64,000 bases of DNA from the human T2T-CHM13v2.0 reference genome, Homo sapiens: assembly GCF_009914755.1 (NCBI RefSeq), contig NC_060942.1; one strand, 5' to 3'. The translations under genes and the position numbers were made by a program. This document shows positions 1 through 10,850 of the stretch, in pieces. Each line of letters begins with the position of its first letter. Position 1 is the stretch's first letter. The notes beneath the pieces were generated by a model. It made no database searches. It was not told the DNA's origin and worked only from the letters and a program-made list of their open reading frames with translations.

Positions 1-95
1 CTCAACTAAAGGAGTAGAACCTTTCTTTTCATAGAGAAGTTTTGAAACGCTCTTTTTGTGGAATCTGCAAGTGGATATTTGGCTAGTTTTGAGGA

Positions 96-112
96 TTTCG
101 TTGGAAGCGGGA
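96..112 (+). promoter_or_regulatory. CENP-B box 1 of HOR (TTTCGTTGGAAGCGGGA); recurs in every unit
   Basis: Matches the 17-bp NTTCGNNNNANNCGGGN consensus. Overlaps the EcoRI site at 111-116. Confidence 0.95.
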
Positions 113-433
113 ATTCATACAAATTGCAGACTGCAGCGTTCTGAGAAACATCTTTGTGATGTTTGTATTCAGGACACAGAGTTGAACATTCCCTATCATA
201 GAGCAGGTTTGAATCACTCCTTTTGTAGTATCTGGAAGTGGACATTTGGAGCGCTTTCAGGCCTATGTTGGAAAAGGAAATATCTTCCCATAACAACTAG
301 ACAGAAGCATTCTCAGAAACTTATTTGAGATGTGTGTACTCAACTAAGAGAATTGAACCACCGTTTTGAAGGAGCAGTTTTGAAACTCTCTTTTTCTGGA
401 ATCTGCAAGTGGATATTTGGCTAGCTTTGGGGA

Positions 434-450
434 TTTCGCTGGAAGCGGGA
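434..450 (+). promoter_or_regulatory. CENP-B box 2 (TTTCGCTGGAAGCGGGA); recurs in every unit, twice in 16-mers
   Basis: All 9 essential consensus bases are present. Confidence 0.93.
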
Positions 451-770
451 ATACATATAAAAAGCACACAGCAGCGTTCTGAGAAACTGCTTTCTGATGT
501 TTGCATTCAAGTCAAAAGTTGAACACTCCCTTTCATAGAGCAGTCTTGAAACACCCCTTTTGTAGTATCTGGAACTGGACTTTTGGAGCGATTTCAGGGC
601 TAAGGTGAAAAAGGAAATATCTTCCCATAAAAACTGGACAGAAGCATTCTCAGAAACTTGGTTATGCTGTATCTACTCAACTAACAAAGTTGAACCTTTC
701 TTTTGATAGAGCAGTTTTGAAATGGTCTTTTTGTGGAATCTGCAAGTGGATATTTGGCTAGTTTTGAGGA

Positions 771-787
771 TTTCGTTGGAAGCGGGA
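771..787 (+). promoter_or_regulatory. CENP-B box 3 (TTTCGTTGGAAGCGGGA); recurs in every unit, twice in 16-mers
   Basis: Consensus match; identical to box 1 at +675 bp. Confidence 0.95.
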
Positions 788-1108
788 ATTCATACAAATT
801 GCAGACTGCAGCGTTCTGAGAAACATCTTTGTGATGTTTGTATTCAGGACACAGAGTTGAACATTCCCTATCATAGAGCAGGTTGGAATCACTCCTTTTG
901 TAGTATCTGGAAGTGGACATTTGGAGCGCTTTCAGGCCTATTTTGGAAAGGGAAATATCTTCCCGTAACAACTATGCAGAAGCACTCTCAGAAACTTGTT
1001 TGTGATGTGTGCCCTCTACTGACAGAGTTGAACCTTTCTTTTCATAGAGCAGTTTTGAAACACTCTTTTTGTAGAATCTGCAAGAGGATATTTGCATAGC
1101 TTTGAGGA

Positions 1109-1125
1109 TTTCGTGGGAAACGGGA
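1109..1125 (+). promoter_or_regulatory. CENP-B box 4 (TTTCGTGGGAAACGGGA)
   Basis: Consensus match. Confidence 0.93.
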
Positions 1126-1450
1126 TTGTCTTCAGGTAAAATCTAGACAGAAGCATTCTCAGAAACTTCTTTGGGATGTTTGCATTCAAGTCACAGAGTA
1201 GAACATTCCCTTTGGTAGAGCAGGTTTGAAACACTCTTTTTGTAGTATCTGGAAGTGGACATTTGGAGCGCTTTCAGGCCCATGTTGGAAAGGGAAATAT
1301 CTTCCCGTAACAACTAGGCAGAAGCATTCTCAGAAACTTATTTGAGATGTGTGTACTCAACTAAGAGAATTGAACCACCGTTTTGAAGGAGCAGTTTTGA
1401 AACACTCTTTTTCTGGAATCTGCAAGAGTATATTTGCCTAGCCTTGAGGA

Positions 1451-1467
1451 TTTCGTTGGAAACGGGA
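1451..1467 (+). promoter_or_regulatory. CENP-B box 5 (TTTCGTTGGAAACGGGA)
   Basis: Canonical consensus match. Confidence 0.95.
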
Positions 1468-1792
1468 TTGTCTTCAGAGAAAATCTAGACAGAAGCATTC
1501 TCAGAAACTTCTTTGGGATGTTTGCATTCAAGTCACAGAGTAGAACATTCCCTTTGGTAGAGCAGGTTTGAAACACTCTTTTTGTAGTATATGGAAGTGG
1601 ACATTTGGATCGCTTTCAGGCCTACGTTGGAAAAGGAAGTATCTTCCCATAACAACTAGACAGAAGCATTCTCAGAAACTAGTTTCTGATGTGTGTCCTC
1701 AACTAACACAGTTGAACATTTCTTTAGACAGAACAGTTTTGAAACACTCTTTTTGTGGAATCTGCAAGTGGCTATTTGGCTAGATTTGAGGA

Positions 1793-1809
1793 TTTCGTTG
1801 GAAACGAGA
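1793..1809 (+). promoter_or_regulatory. CENP-B box 6, disrupted in U1 (TTTCGTTGGAAACGAGA); intact in the other units, e.g. 3828-3844
   Basis: G>A at 1807 changes the essential CGGG to CGAG. The ORF track shows ETRLH only in U1, versus ETGLH elsewhere. Confidence 0.9.
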
Positions 1810-1956
1810 TTACATATAAAAAGCAGTCAGCAGCATTCTCAGAAAGTTCTTTGTGATGATTGCATTCAAGTCACAGAATTGAACATTCCCTTTCACAGAG
1901 CAGGTTTGAAACACTCTTTTTGTAGTGTGTGTAAGTGGACATTTGGAGCACTTACC

Positions 1957-1977
1957 GGCCTAAGGTGAAAAAGGAAA
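1957..1977 (+). promoter_or_regulatory. pJalpha-type (A-box) motif of an A-type monomer, representative (GGCCTAAGGTGAAAAAGGAAA)
   Basis: Occupies the position homologous to the CENP-B box in alternate monomers. Related versions lie near 260, 597, 935, 1277 and 1619. Confidence 0.7.
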
Positions 1978-4900
1978 TATCTTCCCATAAAAACTAGACA
2001 GAAGCATTCTCAGAAACTTACTCGTGATGTGTGTCCTCAACTAAAGGAGTAGAACCTTTCTTTTCATAGAGAAGTTTTGAAACGCTCTTTTTGTGGAATC
2101 TGCAAGTGGATATTTGGCTAGTTTTGAGGATTTCGTTGGAAGCGGGAATTCATACAAATTGCAGACTGCAGCGTTCTGAGAAACATCTTTGTGATGTTTG
2201 TATTCAGGACACAGAGTTGAACATTCCCTATCATAGAGCAGGTTTGAATCACTCCTTTTGTAGTATCTGGAAGTGGACATTTGGAGCGCTTTCAGGCCTA
2301 TGTTGGAAAAGGAAATATCTTCCCATAACAACTAGACAGAAGCATTCTCAGAAACTTATTTGAGATGTGTGTACTCAACTAAGAGAATTGAACCACCGTT
2401 TTGAAGGAGCAGTTTTGAAACTCTCTTTTTCTGGAATCTGCAAGTGGATATTTGGCTAGCTTTGGGGATTTCGCTGGAAGCGGGAATACATATAAAAAGC
2501 ACACAGCAGCGTTCTGAGAAACTGCTTTCTGATGTTTGCATTCAAGTCAAAAGTTGAACACTCCCTTTCATAGAGCAGTCTTGAAACACCCCTTTTGTAG
2601 TATCTGGAACTGGACTTTTGGAGCGATTTCAGGGCTAAGGTGAAAAAGGAAATATCTTCCCATAAAAACTGGACAGAAGCATTCTCAGAAACTTGTTTAT
2701 GCTGTATCTACTCAACTAACAAAGTTGAACCTTTCTTTTGATAGAGCAGTTTTGAAATGGTCTTTTTGTGGAATCTGCAAGTGGATATTTGGCTAGTTTT
2801 GAGGATTTCGTTGGAAGCGGGAATTCATACAAATTGCAGACTGCAGCGTTCTGAGAAACATCTTTGTGATGTTTGTATTCAGGACACAGAGTTGAACATT
2901 CCCTATCATAGAGCAGGTTGGAATCACTCCTTTTGTAGTATCTGGAAGTGGACATTTGGAGCGCTTTCAGGCCTATTTTGGAAAGGGAAATATCTTCCCG
3001 TAACAACTATGCAGAAGCATTCTCAGAAACTTGTTTGTGATGTGTGCCCTCTACTGACAGAGTTGAACCTTTCTTTTCATAGAGCAGTTTTGAAACACTC
3101 TTTTTGTAGAATCTGCAAGAGGATATTTGCATAGCTTTGAGGATTTCGTGGGAAACGGGATTGTCTTCAGGTAAAATCTAGACAGAAGCATTCTCAGAAA
3201 CTTCTTTGGGATGTTTGCATTCAAGTCACAGAGTAGAACATTCCCTTTGGTAGAGCAGGTTTGAAACACTCTTTTTGTAGTATCTGGAAGTGGACATTTG
3301 GAGCGCTTTCAGGCCCATGTTGGAAAGGGAAATATCTTCCCGTAACAACTAGGCAGAAGCATTCTCAGAAACTTATTTGAGATGTGTGTACTCAACTAAG
3401 AGAATTGAACCACCGTTTTGAAGGAGCAGTTTTGAAACACTCTTTTTCTGGAATCTGCAAGAGTATATTTGCCTAGCCTTGAGGATTTCGTTGGAAACGG
3501 GATTGTCTTCAGAGAAAATCTAGACAGAAGCATTCTCAGAAACTTCTTTGGGATGTTTGCATTCAAGTCACAGAGTAGAACATTCCCTTTGGTAGAGCAG
3601 GTTTGAAACACTCTTTTTGTAGTATCTGGAAGTGGACATTTGGAGCGCTTTCAGGCCTACGTTGGAAAAGGAAATATCTTCCCATAACAACTAGACAGAA
3701 GCATTCTCAGAAACTAGTTTCTGATGTGTGTCCTCAACTAACACAGTTGAACATTTCTTTAGACAGAACAGTTTTGAAACACTCTTTTTGTGGAATCTGC
3801 AAGTGGCTATTTGGCTAGATTTGAGGATTTCGTTGGAAACGGGATTACATATAAAAAGCAGTCAGCAGCATTCTCAGAAAGTTCTTTGTGATGATTGCAT
3901 TCAAGTCACAGAATTGAACATTCCCTTTCACAGAGCAGGTTTGAAACACTCTTTTTGTAGTGTGTGTAAGTGGACATTTGGAGCACTTACCGGCCTAAGG
4001 TGAAAAAGGAAATATCTTCCCATAAAAACTAGACAGAAGCATTCTCAGAAACTTACTCGTGATGTGTGTCCTCAACTAAAGGAGTAGAACCTTTCTTTTC
4101 ATAGAGAAGTTTTGAAACGCTCTTTTTGTGGAATCTGCAAGTGGATATTTGGCTAGTTTTGAGGATTTCGTTGGAAGCGGGAATTCATACAAATTGCAGA
4201 CTGCAGCGTTCTGAGAAACATCTTTGTGATGTTTGTATTCAGGACACAGAGTTGAACATTCCCTATCATAGAGCAGGTTTGAATCACTCCTTTTGTAGTA
4301 TCTGGAAGTGGACATTTGGAGCGCTTTCAGGCCTATGTTGGAAAAGGAAATATCTTCCCATAACAACTAGACAGAAGCATTCTCAGAAACTTATTTGAGA
4401 TGTGTGTACTCAACTAAGAGAATTGAACCACCGTTTTGAAGGAGCAGTTTTGAAACACTCTTTTTCTGGAATCTGCAAGTGGATATTTGGCTAGCTTTGG
4501 GGATTTCGCTGGAAGCGGGAATACATATAAAAAGCACACAGCAGCGTTCTGAGAAACTGCTTTCTGATGTTTGCATTCAAGTCAAAAGTTGAACACTCCC
4601 TTTCATAGAGCAGTCTTGAAACACCCCTTTTGTAGTATCTGGAACTGGACTTTTGGAGCGATTTCAGGGCTAAGGTGAAAAAGGAAATATCTTCCCATAA
4701 AAACTGGACAGAAGCATTCTCAGAAACTTGTTTATGCTGTATCTACTCAACTAACAAAGTTGAACCTTTCTTTTGATAGAGCAGTTTTGAAATGGTCTTT
4801 TTGTGGAATCTGCAAGTGGATATTTGGCTAGTTTTGAGGATTTCGTTGGAAGCGGGAATTCATACAAATTGCAGACTGCAGCGTTCTGAGAAACATCTTT

Positions 4901-7900
4901 GTGATGTTTGTATTCAGGACACAGAGTTGAACATTCCCTATCATAGAGCAGGTTGGAATCACTCCTTTTGTAGTATCTGGAAGTGGACATTTGGAGCGCT
5001 TTCAGGCCTATTTTGGAAAGGGAAATATCTTCCCGTAACAACTATGCAGAAGCATTCTCAGAAACTTGTTTGTGATGTGTGCCCTCTACTGACAGAGTTG
5101 AACCTTTCTTTTCATAGAGCAGTTTTGAAACACTCTTTTTGTAGAATCTGCAAGAGGATATTTGCATAGCTTTGAGGATTTCGTGGGAAACGGGATTGTC
5201 TTCAGGTAAAATCTAGACAGAAGCATTCTCAGAAACTTCTTTGGGATGTTTGCATTCAAGTCACAGAGTAGAACATTCCCTTTGGTAGAGCAGGTTTGAA
5301 ACACTCTTTTTGTAGTATCTGGAAGTGGACATTTGGAGCGCTTTCAGGCCCATGTTGGAAAGGGAAATATCTTCCCGTAACAACTAGGCAGAAGCATTCT
5401 CAGAAACTTATTTGAGATGTGTGTACTCAACTAAGAGAATTGAACCACCGTTTTGAAGGAGCAGTTTTGAAACACTCTTTTTCTGGAATCTGCAAGAGTA
5501 TATTTGCCTAGCCTTGAGGATTTCGTTGGAAACGGGATTGTCTTCAGAGAAAATCTAGACAGAAGCATTCTCAGAAACTTCTTTGGGATGTTTGCATTCA
5601 AGTCACAGAGTAGAACATTCCCTTTGGTAGAGCAGGTTTGAAACACTCTTTTTTTAGTATATGGAAGTGGACATTTGGATCGCTTTCAGGCCTACGTTGG
5701 AAAAGGAAATATCTTCCCATAACAACTAGACAGAAGCATTCTCAGAAACTAGTTTCTGATGTGTGTCCTCAACTAACACAGTTGAACATTTCTTTAGACA
5801 GAACAGTTTTGAAACACTCTTTTTGTGGAATCTGCAAGTGGCTATTTGGCTAGATTTGAGGATTTCGTTGGAAACGGGATTACATATAAAAAGCAGTCAG
5901 CAGCATTCTCAGAAAGTTCTTTGTGATGATTGCATTCAAGTCACAGAATTGAACATTCCCTTTCACAGAGCAGGTTTGAAACACTCTTTTTGTAGTGTGT
6001 GTAAGTGGACATTTGGAGCACTTACCGGCCTAAGGTGAAAAAGGAAATATCTTCCCATAAAAACTAGACAGAAGCATTCTCAGAAACTTACTCGTGATGT
6101 GTGTCCTCAACTAAAGGAGTAGAACCTTTCTTTTCATAGAGAAGTTTTGAAACGCTCTTTTTGTGGAATCTGCAAGTGGATATTTGGCTAGTTTTGAGGA
6201 TTTCGTTGGAAGCGGGAATTCATACAAATTGCAGACTGCAGCGTTCTGAGAAACATCTTTGTGATGTTTGTATTCAGGACACAGAGTTGAACATTCCCTA
6301 TCATAGAGCAGGTTTGAATCACTCCTTTTGTAGTATCTGGAAGTGGACATTTGGAGCGCTTTCAGGCCTATGTTGGAAAAGGAAATATCTTCCCATAACA
6401 ACTAGACAGAAGCATTCTCAGAAACTTATTTGAGATGTGTGTACTCAACTAAGAGAATTGAACCACCGTTTTGAAGGAGCAGTTTTGAAACACTCTTTTT
6501 CTGGAATCTGCAAGTGGATATTTGGCTAGCTTTGGGGATTTCGCTGGAAGCGGGAATACATATAAAAAGCACACAGCAGCGTTCTGAGAAACTGCTTTCT
6601 GATGTTTGCATTCAAGTCAAAAGTTGAACACTCCCTTTCATAGAGCAGTCTTGAAACACCCCTTTTGTAGTATCTGGACCTGGACTTTTGGAGCGATTTC
6701 AGGGCTAAGGTGAAAAAGGAAATATCTTCCCATAAAAACTGGACAGAAGCATTCTCAGAAACTTGGTTATGCTGTATCTACTCAACTAACAAAGTTGAAC
6801 CTTTCTTTTGATAGAGCAGTTTTGAAATGGTCTTTTTGTGGAATCTGCAAGTGGATATTTGGCTAGTTTTGAGGATTTCGTTGGAAGCGGGAATTCATAC
6901 AAATTGCAGACTGCAGCGTTCTGAGAAACATCTTTGTGATGTTTGTATTCAGGACACAGAGTTGAACATTCCCTATCATAGAGCAGGTTGGAATCACTCC
7001 TTTTGTAGTATCTGGAAGTGGACATTTGGAGCGCTTTCAGGCCTATTTTGGAAAGGGAAATATCTTCCCGTAACAACTATGCAGAAGCATTCTCAGAAAC
7101 TTGTTTGTGATGTGTGCCCTCTACTGACAGAGTTGAACCTTTCTTTTCATAGAGCAGTTTTGAAACACTCTTTTTGTAGAATCTGCAAGAGGATATTTGC
7201 ATAGCTTTGAGGATTTCGTGGGAAACGGGATTGTCTTCAGGTAAAATCTAGACAGAAGCATTCTCAGAAACTTCTTTGGGATGTTTGCATTCAAGTCACA
7301 GAGTAGAACATTCCCTTTGGTAGAGCAGGTTTGAAACACTCTTTTTGTAGTATCTGGAAGTGGACATTTGGAGCGCTTTCAGGCCCATGTTGGAAAGGGA
7401 AATATCTTCCCGTAACAACTAGGCAGAAGCATTCTCAGAAACTTATTTGAGATGTGTGTACTCAACTAAGAGAATTTAACCACCGTTTTGAAGGAGCAGT
7501 TTTGAAACACTCTTTTTCTGGAATCTGCAAGAGTATATTTGCCTAGCCTTGAGGATTTCGTTGGAAACGGGATTGTCTTCAGAGAAAATCTAGACAGAAG
7601 CATTCTCAGAAACTTCTTTGGGATGTTTGCATTCAAGTCACAGAGTAGAACATTCCCTTTGGTAGAGCAGGTTTGAAACACTCTTTTTTTAGTATATGGA
7701 AGTGGACATTTTGATCGCTTTCAGGCCTACGTTGGAAAAGGAAATATCTTCCCATAACAACTAGACAGAAGCATTCTCAGAAACTAGTTTCTGATGTGTG
7801 TCCTCAACTAACACAGTTGAACATTTCTTTAGACAGAACAGTTTTGAAACACTCTTTTTGTGGAATCTGCAAGTGGCTATTTGGCTGGATTTGAGGATTT

Positions 7901-8140
7901 CGTTGGAAACGGGATTACATATAAAAAGCAGTCAGCAGCATTCTCAGAAAGTTCTTTGTGATGATTGCATTCAAGTCACAGAATTGAACATTCCCTTTCA
8001 CAGAGCAGGTTTGAAACACTCTTTTTGTAGTGTGTGTAAGTGGACATTTGGAGCACTTACCGGCCTAAGGTGAAAAAGGAAATATCTTCCCATAAAAACT
8101 AGACAGAAGCATTCTCAGAAACTTACTCGTGATGTGTGTC

Positions 8141-10850
8141 CTCAACTAAAGGAGTAGAACCTTTCTTTTCATAGAGAAGTTTTGAAACGCTCTTTTTGTG
8201 GAATCTGCAAGTGGATATTTGGCTAGTTTTGAGGATTTCGTTGGAAGCGGGAATTCATACAAATTGCAGACTGCAGCGTTCTGAGAAACATCTTTGTGAT
8301 GTTTGTATTCAGGACACAGAGTTGAACATTCCCTATCATAGAGCAGGTTTGAATCACTCCTTTTGTAGTATCTGGAAGTGGACATTTGGAGCGCTTTCAG
8401 GCCTATGTTGGAAAAGGAAATATCTTCCCATAACAACTAGACAGAAGCATTCTCAGAAACTTATTTGAGATGTGTGTACTCAACTAAGAGAATTGAACCA
8501 CCGTTTTGAAGGAGCAGTTTTGAAACTCTCTTTTTCTGGAATCTGCAAGTGGATATTTGGCTAGCTTTGGGGATTTCGCTGGAAGCGGGAATACATATAA
8601 AAAGCACACAGCAGCGTTCTGAGAAACTGCTTTCTGATGTTTGCATTCAAGTCAAAAGTTGAACACTCCCTTTCATAGAGCAGTCTTGAAACACCCCTTT
8701 TGTAGTATCTGGAACTGGACTTTTGGAGCGATTTCAGGGCTAAGGTGAAAAAGGAAATATCTTCCCATAAAAACTGGACAGAAGCATTCTCAGAAACTTG
8801 TTTATGCTGTATCTACTCAACTAACAAAGTTGAACCTTTCTTTTGATAGAGCAGTTTTGAAATGGTCTTTTTGTGGAATCTGCAAGTGGATATTTGGCTA
8901 GTTTTGAGGATTTCGTTGGAAGCGGGAATTCATACAAATTGCAGACTGCAGCGTTCTGAGAAACATCTTTGTGATGTTTGTATTCAGGACACAGAGTTGA
9001 ACATTCCCTATCATAGAGCAGGTTGGAATCACTCCTTTTGTAGTATCTGGAAGTGGACATTTGGAGCGCTTTCAGGCCTATGTTGGAAAAGGAAATATCT
9101 TCCCATAACAACTAGACAGAAGCATTCTCAGAAACTTATTTGAGATGTGTGTACTCAACTAAGAGAATTGAACCACCGTTTTGAAGGAGCAGTTTTGAAA
9201 CTCTCTTTTTCTGGAATCTGCAAGTGGATATTTGGCTAGCTTTGGGGATTTCGCTGGAAGCGGGAATACATATAAAAAGCACACAGCAGCGTTCTGAGAA
9301 ACTGCTTTCTGATGTTTGCATTCAAGTCAAAAGTTGAACACTCCCTTTCATAGAGCAGTCTTGAAATACCCGTTTTGTAGTATCTGGAACTGGACTTTTG
9401 GAGCGATTTCAGGGCTAAGGTGAAAAAGGAAATATCTTCCCATAAAAACTGGACAGAAGCATTCTCAGAAACTTGTTTATGCTGTAACTACTCAACTAAC
9501 AAAGTTGAACCTTTCTTTTGATAGAGCAGTTTTGAAATGGTCTTTTTGTGGAATCTGCAAGTGGATATTTGGCTAGTTTTGAGGATTTCGTTGGAAGCGG
9601 GAATTCATACAAATTGCAGACTGCAGCGTTCTGAGAAACATCTTTGTGATGTTTGTATTCAGGACACAGAGTTGAACATTCCCTATCATAGAGCAGGTTG
9701 GAATCACTCCTTTTGTAGTATCTGGAAGTGGACATTTGGAGCACTTTCAGGCCTATTTTGGAAAGGGAAATATCTTCCCGTAACAACTATGCAGAAGCAT
9801 TCTCAGAAACTTGTTTGTGATGTGTGCCCTCTACTGACAGAGTTGAACCTTTCTTTTCATAGAGCAGTTTTGAAACACTCTTTTTGTAGAATCTGCAAGA
9901 GGATATTTGCATAGCTTTGAGGATTTCGTGGGAAACGGGATTGTCTTCAGGTAAAATCTAGACAGAAGCATTCTCAGAAACTTCTTTGGGATGTTTGCAT
10001 TCAAGTCACAGAGTAGAACATTCCCTTTGGTAGAGCAGGTTTGAAACACTCTTTTTGTAGTATCTGGAAGTGGACATTTGGAGCGCTTTCAGGCCCATGT
10101 TGGAAAGGGAAATATCTTCCCGTAACAACTAGGCAGAAGCATTCTCAGAAACTTATTTGAGATGTGTGTACTCAACTAAGAGAATTGAACCACCGTTTTG
10201 AAGGAGCAGTTTTGAAACACTCTTTTTCTGGAATCTGCAAGAGTATATTTGCCTAGCCTTGAGGATTTCGTTGGAAACGGGATTGTCTTCAGAGAAAATC
10301 TAGACAGAAGCATTCTCAGAAACTTCTTTGGGATGTTTGCATTCAAGTCACAGAGTAGAACATTCCCTTTGGTAGAGCAGGTTTGAAACACTCTTTTTTT
10401 AGTATATGGAAGTGGACATTTGGATCGCTTTCAGGCCTACGTTGGAAAAGGAAATATCTTCCCATAACAACTAGACAGAAGCATTCTCAGAAACTAGTTT
10501 CTGATGTGTGTCCTCAACTAACACAGTTGAACATTTCTTTAGACAGAACAGTTTTGAAACACTCTTTTTGTGGAATCTGCAAGTGGCTATTTGGCTAGAT
10601 TTGAGGATTTCGTTGGAAACGGGATTACATATAAAAAGCAGTCAGCAGCATTCTCAGAAAGTTCTTTGTGATGATTGCATTCAAGTCACAGAATTGAACA
10701 TTCCCTTTCACAGAGCAGGTTTGAAACACTCTTTTTGTAGTGTGTGTAAGTGGACATTTGGAGCACTTACCGGCCTAAGGTGAAAAAGAAAATATCTTCC
10801 CATAAAAACTAGACAGAAGCATTCTCAGAAACTTACTCGTGATGTGTGTC
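8141..10850 (+). repeat. 16-mer HOR structural variant U5 (2710 bp, 675-bp 4-monomer duplication)
   Basis: Unit length is 2710. The 61-aa ORF appears twice (8461, 9136) and there is a hybrid 93-aa ORF at 8862-9143. Sequence switches from offset-885 type (G9025) to offset-267 type (G9082). Confidence 0.96.

Larger units (their letters stand above)
137..2171 (+). repeat. One representative 12-monomer HOR in monomer phase
   Basis: Monomer starts at 137, 308, 475, 645, 812, 983, 1154, 1325, 1496, 1667, 1834 and 2005. Lengths 171,167,170,167,171,171,171,171,171,167,171,167 sum to 2035. Confidence 0.95.
1..8140 (+). repeat. Four canonical 12-mer HORs (U1-U4)
   Basis: CTCAACTAAAGGAGTAGAAC recurs at 1, 2036, 4071, 6106 and 8141. 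Confidence 0.97.

Noticed and set aside
303-319. Possible heat-shock element (GAA..TTC..GAA) at monomer junctions
   Set aside because: The spacing is 3 nt (GAAgcaTTCtcaGAA), not the 2 nt required for nGAAn inverted pentamer arrays.
455-463. TATA-like ATATAAAAA downstream of CENP-B boxes (also ~1814-1822)
   Set aside because: It is a short AT-rich motif within a satellite monomer. There is no other promoter evidence, and transcription cannot be inferred from sequence.
722-1099. Cys/His-rich ORF resembling a zinc finger (CDVC...HSFC)
   Set aside because: The pattern is a translation of the TGTGATGTGTG and CACTCTTTTTGT alphoid motifs and lacks C2H2 spacing.
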